Of a stretch of DNA of 64,000 nucleotides, positions 30,832 through 39,635 are shown piece by piece. A model generated the notes under the pieces. It saw only the letters and a list, made by a program, of their open reading frames with translations, did no database searches and was not told the origin of the DNA. Positions within the stretch are counted from its first letter, which is position 1; each line of letters begins with the position of its first letter. The DNA is from Verrucomicrobiia bacterium (lineage in GTDB: Bacteria; Verrucomicrobiota; Verrucomicrobiia; Palsa-1439): the NCBI GenBank assembly GCA_037441425.1, contig JBBISF010000007.1, positions 283-64,282 on the forward strand, read 5' to 3'. Both the position numbers and the translations under genes were made by a program.

Positions 30832-32787
30832 TTACTTGTTGGCGGGCGCGGGCGCTTCGGTCAACAGCTTGTCGAGCGTCGGGTCATGTTTCGCGCCGAG
30901 ATCGAGTGCTTTCTGGTAGTGATACCGGGCCAGTTCGAGGCGCGGCGTGTGTTGACCGGCATAGAGCACGGCGAGATTGAAATGCGCGTCGGCATATTGC
31001 GGGTTGATTTCAATCGCCCGGCGCATTTCCTGTTCGGCGGCGGCACCCCAGCCTTTTTCGCTCAACGTGATGCCGAGGTAGTTGTGGGCCTCGTAGTTCC
31101 GCGGGTTCAACGCCACGGCGCGAGTTAGTTCCGTGAAAGCCTCTTCGACCTTGGATTTGCGCAGGTACACCACGCCGAGGAGCGAGCGGGATTCACTGTC
31201 GTTGGGACTGAGCGCGACAGCCCGGCGGAGGGTCTGTTCGGCGTCGTCAAGCTTGCCCTGCTGATAGTCAATCACGCCAAGATTGGAGAGGGCCATCAGA
31301 TTGTTGGGATCGATATCGAGCACGGCCTGGTACTTGGCAATCGCCGTGTCAAAATCCTTGAGCGCCACAGCGGCCCGGGCGTCGTCCAGCAGCTGCTTGG
31401 TTTTCTGGTCGGTGGTCGCGAACACGGCTGGCACTTCGGGACGCGCGCTGGCGGTGGTTTTGGCTTCGTTTGCGGTCAAAGCCGGCGCTGGTGGTGACGG
31501 TGGGGCCGGTGGCTCCGGCGCCGCAATTTCGGCGACGAGTTGCGAATTGGCGGATTCCTTCAACTGGGCGATTTTCGGTTCTTCCGCTGGGGTCGTGGGT
31601 GCCTCCTCTTCCGTCCGCCGGCGCGGGTGCCAACCCAGGAGTTCCGGTATCCTGTGGCCTTGGGGGCGCTCCGGGCGCGAGGCAAATTGGGATTTGTGTT
31701 CGACGATCTGTTTCAGCAACGCGTTCTCTTTGCGGAGGAACAGAATGATCTCTTCGTCCTTCTGCCCGGACTGCTGGAGTGCCGCCAGATTTCTATCGGC
31801 AATGTTGAGCTTCACGCGCATCGCTGCATAGTCGCGGCGCAGGGTGGCGTTCTCCGTCCGCGCGCCGGTCAGGTCTTGGCGGGCCGTTGCCAGTTCTTGC
31901 CGGGAGGCGGTGAGGTCCTGCTTGGTGGCGGCCAATTCGCGCCAGGTGGCCTCGAGTGCAGCGGTGGTGTCGGTCAATTTCGCGCGGAGTTGTTGGAGCT
32001 CGGGCGATTCAGTCGGCGCGGTTCCGGCGGCGATTTGCTTTTGGGCAGCCGCCAGTTCTTCGGAAAGTTGTTTGTTCTGGTTCGCCAACTCCGCGAGGCG
32101 GGTATCGTTTGCATTCGCGGCCAATTTACCCAAGGCATCCTTGAGTTGGTCGCTGAGCTTCGCGCGATCCGCTTCAAGAACCTGAACTTGAGCTTGAGAT
32201 TTCTGGAGTTGATCGGCCTGTTCGCTCAAGTCCGCAATCTTCTGCTGGGCGACGGCCAGTTGAGCGGACATGGTTTTGTTTTGTTCCAACAGGTGCTCGA
32301 CCTTCAGGTTGGTTTCCGTGGCCGGGACTTGCTTGAGCGCCTCTTGGAGCTTGGTGTTCAGGGCGTCGCGTGCGGTTTTCAACTGGTTGATCTGTTGCCG
32401 GGCCTGATCCAATTCGGCGGTCAAATGGGCGATCTGGGCGGCATCCACGGGCGCGACAACCGGTGCGGCGGCCGGTTGGGCGGCGGGGGCGGCCGGCGCA
32501 GCTGCCGGCAATTTCGGCTGCAATTCTTGGAGCCGCTGCTGGCAGTATTTGAGGCGGAAATCAATGATGAGCGGATTCCAGTCGGGCGCGGATTTGCTGA
32601 CTTCTTGGAGGATTTTTTCCGCGTCCTTGAACTTGGCGGTGGCCTTGACGAAATCGGATTGGCTGTTGGCCGTGTCGCCTTCCTGAATCAGGAAATAGGC
32701 GCGTAGAAAACGGTCCGCCGGATCGTCCGCGGCGCGGCCCGGCCAAGCGGCAAAACACACAAGCGCGATCAGAAGCAAGCGTTTCAT
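30832..32787 (-). CDS. Exported coiled-coil protein with C-terminal TPR repeats
   Basis: Signal peptide MKRLLLIAL, long heptad region, about 5 TPRs (ALSNLG, AHNYLG, AHFNLA). Confidence 0.8.
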   Translation of the reverse strand: MKRLLLIALVCFAAWPGRAADDPADRFLRAYFLIQEGDTANSQSDFVKATAKFKDAEKILQEVSKSAPDWNPLIIDFRLKYCQQRLQELQPKLPAAAPAAPAAQPAAAPVVAPVDAAQIAHLTAELDQARQQINQLKTARDALNTKLQEALKQVPATETNLKVEHLLEQNKTMSAQLAVAQQKIADLSEQADQLQKSQAQVQVLEADRAKLSDQLKDALGKLAANANDTRLAELANQNKQLSEELAAAQKQIAAGTAPTESPELQQLRAKLTDTTAALEATWRELAATKQDLTASRQELATARQDLTGARTENATLRRDYAAMRVKLNIADRNLAALQQSGQKDEEIILFLRKENALLKQIVEHKSQFASRPERPQGHRIPELLGWHPRRRTEEEAPTTPAEEPKIAQLKESANSQLVAEIAAPEPPAPPSPPAPALTANEAKTTASARPEVPAVFATTDQKTKQLLDDARAAVALKDFDTAIAKYQAVLDIDPNNLMALSNLGVIDYQQGKLDDAEQTLRRAVALSPNDSESRSLLGVVYLRKSKVEEAFTELTRAVALNPRNYEAHNYLGITLSEKGWGAAAEQEMRRAIEINPQYADAHFNLAVLYAGQHTPRLELARYHYQKALDLGAKHDPTLDKLLTEAPAPANK

Positions 32788-32797
32788 GGGCGCGGCG

Positions 32798-32849
32798 AGT
32801 GTAATCAAGCCGCCCTGGATTTGCAACGCTATCGTCCGTCTGGTAGTCT
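32798..32849. promoter_or_regulatory. Candidate bidirectional sigma70 promoter with shared palindromic -35
   Basis: TTGCAA at 32821-32826; 17-nt spacer to TAGTCT (+) and 17-nt spacer to TACACT (-). Confidence 0.65.
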
Positions 32850-32856
32850 CGCGGTC

Positions 32857-33552
32857 ATGACTATCCGGCTCGGCCAAGTGGAAATCGGCAAAATCCCGCG
32901 TGTCGTGGGCACGCTTTCGTCCGCCGCCGCGCTGTTGGGGTTTCGTCGGGCGGCTGCCGTCTGCGACATTGTTGAGGTCCGGCTTGATCAGATCGGCGTG
33001 CAGACTGATGACTGGTTGAGCCACAGTAAAGCCATCGAGGCGCAAGGGTTGCCGGTCATATTTACGCTTCGGTTGGCGGCGGAGGGCGGCGCGTGGCGCC
33101 GGCCCGACGAAGAGCGGGCTGGTTTCTATGAGATTGCGCTGGAAAACCTGGCAGCAGTTGATGTCGAACTCCAAAGCAAACTTCTGCCCCGGTTGGCAAA
33201 GCTGGCCCAGGCCAGACGCAAGCCGGTGATCGCATCGATTCACGATTTCACCAAGACGCCGTCGCGCAACGCCTTGCAAGACCGGATTCTGGAAGCCAGT
33301 CAAGTGGCGTCCCTGGTGAAGATCGCGACAATGATCACCCGGTTGGCCGACGTGGAGACGTTGCGCGAACTGCTTGATCAGGATTGGGGCGTGCCGCTGG
33401 CCGTCATGGGCATGGGCGAACTTGGTTTCGCATCGCGCGTGAAGTTTGCCAAGCGCGGCTCGGCGCTGAACTACGGCTGGCTGGATGTGGCGGCCGCCCC
33501 CGGTCAGCCTTCCGCCGCGGAGTTGTGCCAACAGTTGCGCGGCCCGGCCTAA
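32857..33552 (+). CDS. aroD: Type I 3-dehydroquinate dehydratase
   Basis: DIVEVRLD, IFTLR..EGG, SIHDF, VKIA, MGMG, APGQ. Confidence 0.9.
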   Translation: MTIRLGQVEIGKIPRVVGTLSSAAALLGFRRAAAVCDIVEVRLDQIGVQTDDWLSHSKAIEAQGLPVIFTLRLAAEGGAWRRPDEERAGFYEIALENLAAVDVELQSKLLPRLAKLAQARRKPVIASIHDFTKTPSRNALQDRILEASQVASLVKIATMITRLADVETLRELLDQDWGVPLAVMGMGELGFASRVKFAKRGSALNYGWLDVAAAPGQPSAAELCQQLRGPA

Positions 33553-33633
33553 CCCGGCCCTGTAAACGACCAACAATTCCGTTGCGTGTTTCCCCAGCTT
33601 CTGCTTGAATGACGGTGAATTGCGAGACCGCGA

Positions 33634-34662
33634 ATGACTTCACTCCAGCGGGTTCAGACCGTTCTGGCCGGCAACATGCCCGACCGCGTGCCGGTTTGTC
33701 TCCACAATTTCCTGCTCGCTGCCAAGGAAGCCGGCATTCCCTTGCAGAAATCGCTCGAAGACCCGGAAGCCGCCGCGCGCATTCATCTGCACGCCGTTGA
33801 AAAGTACGGCTACGACTGCCTGCTGATCGACCTCGATACGACGATGCTCGCCGAGGCGATGGGCGCGCCGCGGGATTGCGCGCCCAACGAACCCGGCCAT
33901 GTAGCTGCCCCGGCAATTCGCAGTCTCGAGGAAGTGGATCAACTCAAGCCGGCTGATCCCGAACGCGACGGGCGCATTCCGGTCCTGCTCGAAGCTGTCC
34001 GCATTCTGCGCAAGAAGGTGGGCAACGAAATCGCCATCCGCGGCAACGCCGATCAATGCGCCTTCTCCCTCGCGGGCCTCGTGCGCGGGATGGAGAATTT
34101 CCTGGTGGATTTGGTCAGCGAACCGGACCATCCCGCCGTGCAACGGTTGCTGGAAATTTGTTACCAAAGTCACCTCGCCATGCATCGCGCGCTGCGGGCG
34201 GCCGGCGCGCATTTCACCTCGCTGGGCGACAGCCCCGCCGGGCCGGACGTCGTCTCGCCGGCGATTTTCCGGAAGTTCGCCCGTCCCTGGCAGGAACGGC
34301 TCCTGCGGGAACTCGATGGGCCGGTCGTGATTCACATCTGTGGCAATACGTCAGCCATCCTTGATCAGTTGGCCGAGTATCCCGCCACAGCCGCGTTCGA
34401 ACTCGATTACAAAACGGACGCGGCCCGCGCGAAACAGACGGCGGGTCGGCGGCACGTGCTCTTCGGCAACATCGATCCCAGCGGCGTGGTCGCCCGCGGC
34501 ACGGTGGCCGAGGTGACGGCGAAAACCCGGGAGCTGGTGCAGCTCTGGAAGCCGGGCGGCCGGTTCATCCTCAATGCCGGCTGCGCGATTCCGGCCACCA
34601 CACCATCCGCGAACATTCAAGCCATGATGCAAGTCGCCAAGGAGGTTGGACGTTATGACTAA
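33634..34662 (+). CDS. Uroporphyrinogen decarboxylase family (MtaA/CmuA-like) protein
   Basis: MTSLQRV...PDRVPV, IHICGN, GNIDP, ILNAGC. Confidence 0.85.
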   Translation: MTSLQRVQTVLAGNMPDRVPVCLHNFLLAAKEAGIPLQKSLEDPEAAARIHLHAVEKYGYDCLLIDLDTTMLAEAMGAPRDCAPNEPGHVAAPAIRSLEEVDQLKPADPERDGRIPVLLEAVRILRKKVGNEIAIRGNADQCAFSLAGLVRGMENFLVDLVSEPDHPAVQRLLEICYQSHLAMHRALRAAGAHFTSLGDSPAGPDVVSPAIFRKFARPWQERLLRELDGPVVIHICGNTSAILDQLAEYPATAAFELDYKTDAARAKQTAGRRHVLFGNIDPSGVVARGTVAEVTAKTRELVQLWKPGGRFILNAGCAIPATTPSANIQAMMQVAKEVGRYD

Positions 34663-34861
34663 ACTTTCTCATCGTGAACGAGTTCGCGCCGCCCTCAACC
34701 ATCAACAACCCGCCCGCGCCATCCTCGGCCTGTTCGGCGGCAACCTGCTCGAATGCGGCCAGTTCCTCGCCAGCGGGGCGCGGGCCCGTTTGAAATCGTT
34801 GCGGTTGGCCCCGGCCCCGGCCAAGCCGATGGGCACGCCTGCTCCCGCAGGCAGCGCTTGA
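34655..34861 (+). pseudogene. Internally deleted URO-D-family remnant
   Basis: N-terminal SHRERVRAALNHQQP joined directly to the mid-protein-like RAILGLFGGNLLE.GQFL, then unrelated sequence. Confidence 0.6.
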
Positions 34862-34886
34862 CCCCGTCTTTGGCTCGATCCGTGGG

Positions 34887-34915
34887 GTGGGGGCGCGGCG
34901 ACACCGTGCCCCTAC
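34887..34915 (-). repeat. REP-like palindrome (GTAGGGGC family)
   Basis: Minus strand GTAGGGGCACGG-TGTCG-CCGCGCCCCCAC. Confidence 0.7.
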
Positions 34916-35742
34916 TCCGTGTAGAGGTTGTACCGGTCGTCGCGCAGGAAACCGATCAGCGTTATCCCAAATTCCCGCGCCAGAGCAACCGCCAAACTCG
35001 ACGGCGCGCCTACTGCCGCCATCGTGGGGATGCCCGCCATCACAGTCTTCTGCACCAATTCAAAGCTTGCCCGCCCGCTGACCAGTAGGATCCCGTTGGA
35101 TACCGGCAACTGATTCTCCAGCAGCAACGCGCCGATCACCTTGTCCAGTGCGTTATGCCGGCCCACGTCCTCGCGCAACAACCGCAGCTTGCCGGCCACG
35201 TCGAACAACGCCGCCGCGTGTAGTCCGCCGGTCCGTGAGAAAATGTTCTGCGCCTCCCGCAACCTACCCGGCAATGAGAGTAGAATCTCGTCCGACGGAG
35301 TGGCGGCGGTTTTCCGCATCGCCTTTGGGGGCAGCGCCGCCCGCACCATCTCCAACGACGCCTTGCCGCAGACACCGCAACTCGACGTGGTGTACACATG
35401 CCGGGAGAACTTCTGCGGGTCAAACGACGTGCCGGGCTGCAATTCCACCGTCACCACGTTGTAGTTTTGCGGGTCGGCGCAGTACCGGATGCGCGCGATT
35501 GATTTTCGACTCGCCACGATTCCCTCGGTGAACAGGAACCCGGCCGCCAACTCAAAATCGCCGCCCGGTGTCCGCATTGTGACCGTGACGCTGTGCTGGG
35601 TCTTGTGGATGCCCACCCGGATTTCCAGCGGCTCTTCCGTCGTGACCACGTCCTCCCGGCGGGCGCGCTTTCCGTTTGCCACCGCCACAATCGGCGCGCG
35701 GACCGTGTTGCCGGGACGCGTGGGTTTGGGTTCTGCGGCCAT
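34912..35742 (-). CDS. fdhD: Formate dehydrogenase accessory sulfurtransferase
   Basis: EEPLEI, TMRTPG, SSCGVCG, TGGLHAAA, EDVGRHNALDK. Confidence 0.95.
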   Translation of the reverse strand: MAAEPKPTRPGNTVRAPIVAVANGKRARREDVVTTEEPLEIRVGIHKTQHSVTVTMRTPGGDFELAAGFLFTEGIVASRKSIARIRYCADPQNYNVVTVELQPGTSFDPQKFSRHVYTTSSCGVCGKASLEMVRAALPPKAMRKTAATPSDEILLSLPGRLREAQNIFSRTGGLHAAALFDVAGKLRLLREDVGRHNALDKVIGALLLENQLPVSNGILLVSGRASFELVQKTVMAGIPTMAAVGAPSSLAVALAREFGITLIGFLRDDRYNLYTE

Positions 35743-35885
35743 CGGTTCGATGATGCGGGAACGCGCGCGCGCTGTCAACGCATGGAACGGCCGCGGGTTT
35801 GAGAGGGGCGCATTCCGGGACTGCCACAGTTAGTTGGCTGACCGGCGTTCGTCCCAGTGGTTGTTGGTTTGTGTTTCGACCAGGA

Positions 35886-35946
35886 GTGTGCTCACCACTT
35901 TCAGTTTCACCACCGGGGGGGTCACGATGTACCCACCGGTTCCCAG
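35886..35946 (-). repeat. Dispersed ~60-bp hairpin element, copy B
   Basis: Reverse complement matches 14580-14638 with 5 mismatches and 2 extra nt. Confidence 0.85.
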
Positions 35947-36033
35947 TTTGCGCGTGTTGCCGCTTGCCATTTTGCAACAGTTCGGTTAAGGAATCGTGTG
36001 CGAGGGGGACGCCAGCGCGAGCGGCAGTTGAGC

Positions 36034-37539
36034 ATGCACCAAAACGACGATGTGCGGCCACGGCATTATTGTGGTTTGTTCGGCATTTACGGTCATCCGA
36101 ATGCCGCGGAACTCACCTACTATGGTCTTTACGCCCTGCAACACCGCGGCCAGGAAAGCGCCGGCATCACCGCCTCCGACGGCATTGATCTGCGCACGTA
36201 CAAAGGCATGGGCCTTGTCGGTCAGGTGTTCGACAAGAACATCCTGCGCGCGCTGCCCGGCCACGTGGCCATCGGCCATGTTCGTTATTCCACCACCGGC
36301 AGTTCGCACGTCAAGAACTGCCAACCGCTGGTGGCCGACTGCGCGCGCGGTCAGATCGCCGTCGCCCACAACGGCAACCTGACCAACGCCGCCCGTCTCC
36401 GCACGGAACTCGAAGACCAAGGTTCGATTTTCCAGACGACGGTGGATAGCGAGATCATCCTCCACCTGCTCGCCCGCCCGTGCAACGGCGACCGCAGCCA
36501 TTCATTGGAAGGCGTGATGAAACGCATCCAGGGCGCGTACTCCCTGGTTATCATGGGCGAGGACGAATTGATCGGCGTCCGCGACCCATTTGGGTTCCGG
36601 CCGTTGGTCATCGGCAAGATGCGCACCAGCATCAAAGAAGACGGCGTGGACGGCACCGCTTACGTGCTCGCCAGCGAAACCTGCGCGCTGGATCTCATCC
36701 ACGCGGAGTTCGTGCGCGATGTCGCTCCCGGCGAGATTGTGCTGATCAACAAAGAGGGGATCCGCTCCACCAATCCGTGGGCCGGCACCCAGCAACCCCA
36801 TTCATTTTGCATTTTCGAGTACGTTTATTTCGCCCGCCCGGACAGCAATCTCTTGGGCCACAGCGTCGCCCAAGCCCGGGTCAACCTAGGCCGCGCGCTG
36901 GCGCGGGAACACCCGGTGCCGGCCGATCTCGTCATCCCGGTCCCCGATAGCGGCAACTGGGCGGCCATGGGGTTTGCCCAGGAATCCGGCGTGTCTTACG
37001 GCAACGCCTTCGTCCGCAACCACTATGTCGGGCGGACGTTTCTGCAACCAAGCCAGCTCATCCGCGACTTCGGCGTCCGCGTGAAACTCAACCTGATCAA
37101 GGAAATGGTGGCGGGCAAACGGATCGTTGTTGTGGACGACTCCATCGTACGCGGCACCACTGCCCGGGCCCGCGTCATCACGCTCCGGGAAGCCGGCGCG
37201 AAGGAAGTTCACATGCGCGTTAGTTGTCCGCCGCACAAATGGCCCTGCGCCTACGGCATTGATTTTCCCACCCGGAAAGAGTTGATGGCCGCCAACAATT
37301 CGCTCGACCAAATCCGCGAATTTCTGGGCGCGGATTCGCTGGGCTATCTCTCGTTGGAATCCCTGATCAACTCCACCGGCTTGCCGGCCAACGAGTTTTG
37401 CACCGCGTGCTACACCGGCCGGTATCCCTCCCCGGTGGAGTCCGAGATGGACAAGTTCGTCATGGAACAACGCCGCACCCGCTACCGCCACACCGTCGCC
37501 GACCTCGTCCACGACAACGCGCAACGCAGTTTGTTGTAA
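36034..37539 (+). CDS. purF: Amidophosphoribosyltransferase
   Basis: Propeptide then CGLFG, LQHRGQE, HVRYST, VDDSIVRGTT, CTAC. Confidence 0.97.
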   Translation: MHQNDDVRPRHYCGLFGIYGHPNAAELTYYGLYALQHRGQESAGITASDGIDLRTYKGMGLVGQVFDKNILRALPGHVAIGHVRYSTTGSSHVKNCQPLVADCARGQIAVAHNGNLTNAARLRTELEDQGSIFQTTVDSEIILHLLARPCNGDRSHSLEGVMKRIQGAYSLVIMGEDELIGVRDPFGFRPLVIGKMRTSIKEDGVDGTAYVLASETCALDLIHAEFVRDVAPGEIVLINKEGIRSTNPWAGTQQPHSFCIFEYVYFARPDSNLLGHSVAQARVNLGRALAREHPVPADLVIPVPDSGNWAAMGFAQESGVSYGNAFVRNHYVGRTFLQPSQLIRDFGVRVKLNLIKEMVAGKRIVVVDDSIVRGTTARARVITLREAGAKEVHMRVSCPPHKWPCAYGIDFPTRKELMAANNSLDQIREFLGADSLGYLSLESLINSTGLPANEFCTACYTGRYPSPVESEMDKFVMEQRRTRYRHTVADLVHDNAQRSLL

Positions 37540-37590
37540 CCGGCGTTCCACGCCTTGCATTTTTCCACCGCTTCCCGCACACTGCGCGCC

Positions 37591-38631
37591 GTGACAAAAC
37601 GGAATCCGATTCGCGGCGCCTATGCCGCCGCCGGCGTGAACATCAACCTGGGCGACAGTTTGAAACGCCGGTTGCCGGGACTGGTGCGCAAAACGCACCG
37701 GGCGGAAGTGCTCGGCGCGATTGGCGGATTTGGCGGGTTGTTCGCGCTGAACGTGAAGCAATACCGGCAGCCCGTGCTCGTTTCCAGCATGGACGGTGTC
37801 GGCACGAAACTCAAAATCGCCGTGATGATGAACCGGCACGACACCGTCGGGCAGGACCTCGTCAACCATTGCGTCAACGACATCGCGGTGCTCGGCGCCG
37901 AGCCGTTGTTCTTTCTCGATTACATCGGCATGGGCAAGCTCGCCCCGCCTGTGTTTCATCAGCTCATTGCCGGTTTGGCCAAGGCCTGCGCGGGTGCCGG
38001 CTGCGCCCTCATCGGCGGCGAAACGGCCCAGATGCCGGGACTGTACGCCGCCGGCGATTACGATTTGGTCAGCACGATCGTCGGCGTGGTGGAGAAGAAG
38101 CAGATCATTGATGGTTCGCGGATTCGTCCCGGCGACGCCGTGATCGGGCTGGCGTCCACCGGGTTGCACACGAACGGATATTCGCTCGCCCGCAAAATCC
38201 TGTTTGCCAAGATGCGCGTCCGGTTGGACGATTATTCCAGCGAACTCGGCTGCACCTATGGCAGGGAACTGCTCAAGGTGCATCGCAACTACTGGCCGTT
38301 GATCAAGACCATCCGCGGCGCGTTACACGGGCTGGCCCACATTACCGGCGGCGGGTTCTACGACAACATTCCGCGGGTGCTGCCGAAGAATTGCCGGGCG
38401 GTCATCCGCACCGGCGCGTGGGAGGTGCTGCCGATTTTCAAACTTCTCCAACAAGCGGGACACGTCGGCGACGAGGAGATGCATCGCGTGTTCAACATGG
38501 GCGTGGGCATGGCGTTGATCGTGGATTCCCAAGTGGCCGGCAAGGTGCGACAAGCGGCACAGCAGGCCGGTATCCCAGCCTGGCAGATTGGCGAAATCCG
38601 CCAAGGCAAACAGGACGTGGTCATCGAGTGA
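37591..38631 (+). CDS. purM: Phosphoribosylformylglycinamidine cyclo-ligase
   Basis: YAAAGVNI, DGVGTK, GGETAQMP, GLHTNGYSL, HITGGG, VFNMG. Confidence 0.97.
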   Translation: MTKRNPIRGAYAAAGVNINLGDSLKRRLPGLVRKTHRAEVLGAIGGFGGLFALNVKQYRQPVLVSSMDGVGTKLKIAVMMNRHDTVGQDLVNHCVNDIAVLGAEPLFFLDYIGMGKLAPPVFHQLIAGLAKACAGAGCALIGGETAQMPGLYAAGDYDLVSTIVGVVEKKQIIDGSRIRPGDAVIGLASTGLHTNGYSLARKILFAKMRVRLDDYSSELGCTYGRELLKVHRNYWPLIKTIRGALHGLAHITGGGFYDNIPRVLPKNCRAVIRTGAWEVLPIFKLLQQAGHVGDEEMHRVFNMGVGMALIVDSQVAGKVRQAAQQAGIPAWQIGEIRQGKQDVVIE

Positions 38632-38641
38632 GGCGCGGCGG

Positions 38642-39115
38642 ATGACGAAACGCCGGTGGCTGCGGTTGAGTTTGGCAATCGTCCTGGTCGGCAGTCTGCT
38701 CGGCATCAGCGCCCGGTTTTTCGTCACGCCGTTCGTGGTCGTGGGCGAGAGCATGGAGCCGACTTTGCATTCGCTCGATCTCTGCCTGATGCGGCGCGTC
38801 CGCCATTACCAACCGCAGCGTGACGACATCGTGATGTTTCGAACCGCCGACGATCCGCCGCTTTATTTCGTGAAACGGGTCATCGGCCTGCCGGGAGAAG
38901 CCGTGGCCATCGCGGGCGGCGTGGTGCAAATCAACGGTCGGGCGCTCGCGGAACCGTACGCCCCGCCCAATCCGGGCTTGGATGTGGCCGCCACCAATGT
39001 CCCGCCCGGCAAGGTGTTCGTCATCGGCGACAACCGGTACGGCTCGCTTTACGCCATGGTCGCCACGCGCCTCATCCAAGCGAAACTGCTGTGGCATTGG
39101 CGGTGGCAAAAATGA
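38642..39115 (+). CDS. lepB: Signal peptidase I (short, single TM)
   Basis: GESMEPTL (Ser), FVKRVIGLPG (Lys), GDNR. Confidence 0.85.
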   Translation: MTKRRWLRLSLAIVLVGSLLGISARFFVTPFVVVGESMEPTLHSLDLCLMRRVRHYQPQRDDIVMFRTADDPPLYFVKRVIGLPGEAVAIAGGVVQINGRALAEPYAPPNPGLDVAATNVPPGKVFVIGDNRYGSLYAMVATRLIQAKLLWHWRWQK

Positions 39116-39570
39116 AATGGCTGAAACTCATCCTCGGGATCGGCGTGCTCGTCCTGTTGGGCTGGTGGATTTGGCAGCGGTATTTCGTTACGGACGAGAC
39201 GCGGATCAAACGTGCGATTGCCGCCGCCGAGGATGCTGTTGCGAAAGGGAATCTGTTCAAGCTCGAAGGGTTTATCGCACAGGATTACAGCGATCAGTAC
39301 GGCTTCGACAAGAGTACGGTGCTGGCGGCCGTCCAACAGTTCCGGCAACAACACGGGACGATTTTCATTCACATCTCCGATCTGAAGATCACGGTCGCCG
39401 CCGATCATCAGACCGCCGAAGCGGTGCTCATTGCCCGGATCGTGGCCGGCACGGCGGACGATCCCTCGGCCACCGAGGTGCGCAACGAACGGTTGCGACT
39501 GCACTTGCGCAAAACCGATTCCGGCTGGCGGTTATACCGCGCGGAAACACTGGAGTTAAAATTTGACTGA
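39112..39570 (+). CDS. Membrane-anchored hypothetical protein (NTF2-like fold possible)
   Basis: N-terminal TM; DYSDQYG; C-terminal LRKTDSGWRL pattern. Confidence 0.6.
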   Translation: MKWLKLILGIGVLVLLGWWIWQRYFVTDETRIKRAIAAAEDAVAKGNLFKLEGFIAQDYSDQYGFDKSTVLAAVQQFRQQHGTIFIHISDLKITVAADHQTAEAVLIARIVAGTADDPSATEVRNERLRLHLRKTDSGWRLYRAETLELKFD

Positions 39571-39635
39571 TTTTTTCCGGCCAATCAGATAGGTTGAGCT
39601 GCTCCCTGAGTTTCAGGGTCTAAACCATTCCAATT

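Noticed and set aside
32788-33576. N-terminal 263 aa of the 914-aa ORF
   Set aside because: Overlaps aroD on the opposite strand; the signal peptide and promoter place the real start at 32787
35820-36033. ZTP (pfl) or PRPP riboswitch upstream of purF, suggested by TGACCGGCG and CCACCGGGG
   Set aside because: The 3' GCCGxxCGCCTGGGC hairpin is absent, the spacing is wrong, and the CCACCGGGG part belongs to the dispersed repeat also found at 14580
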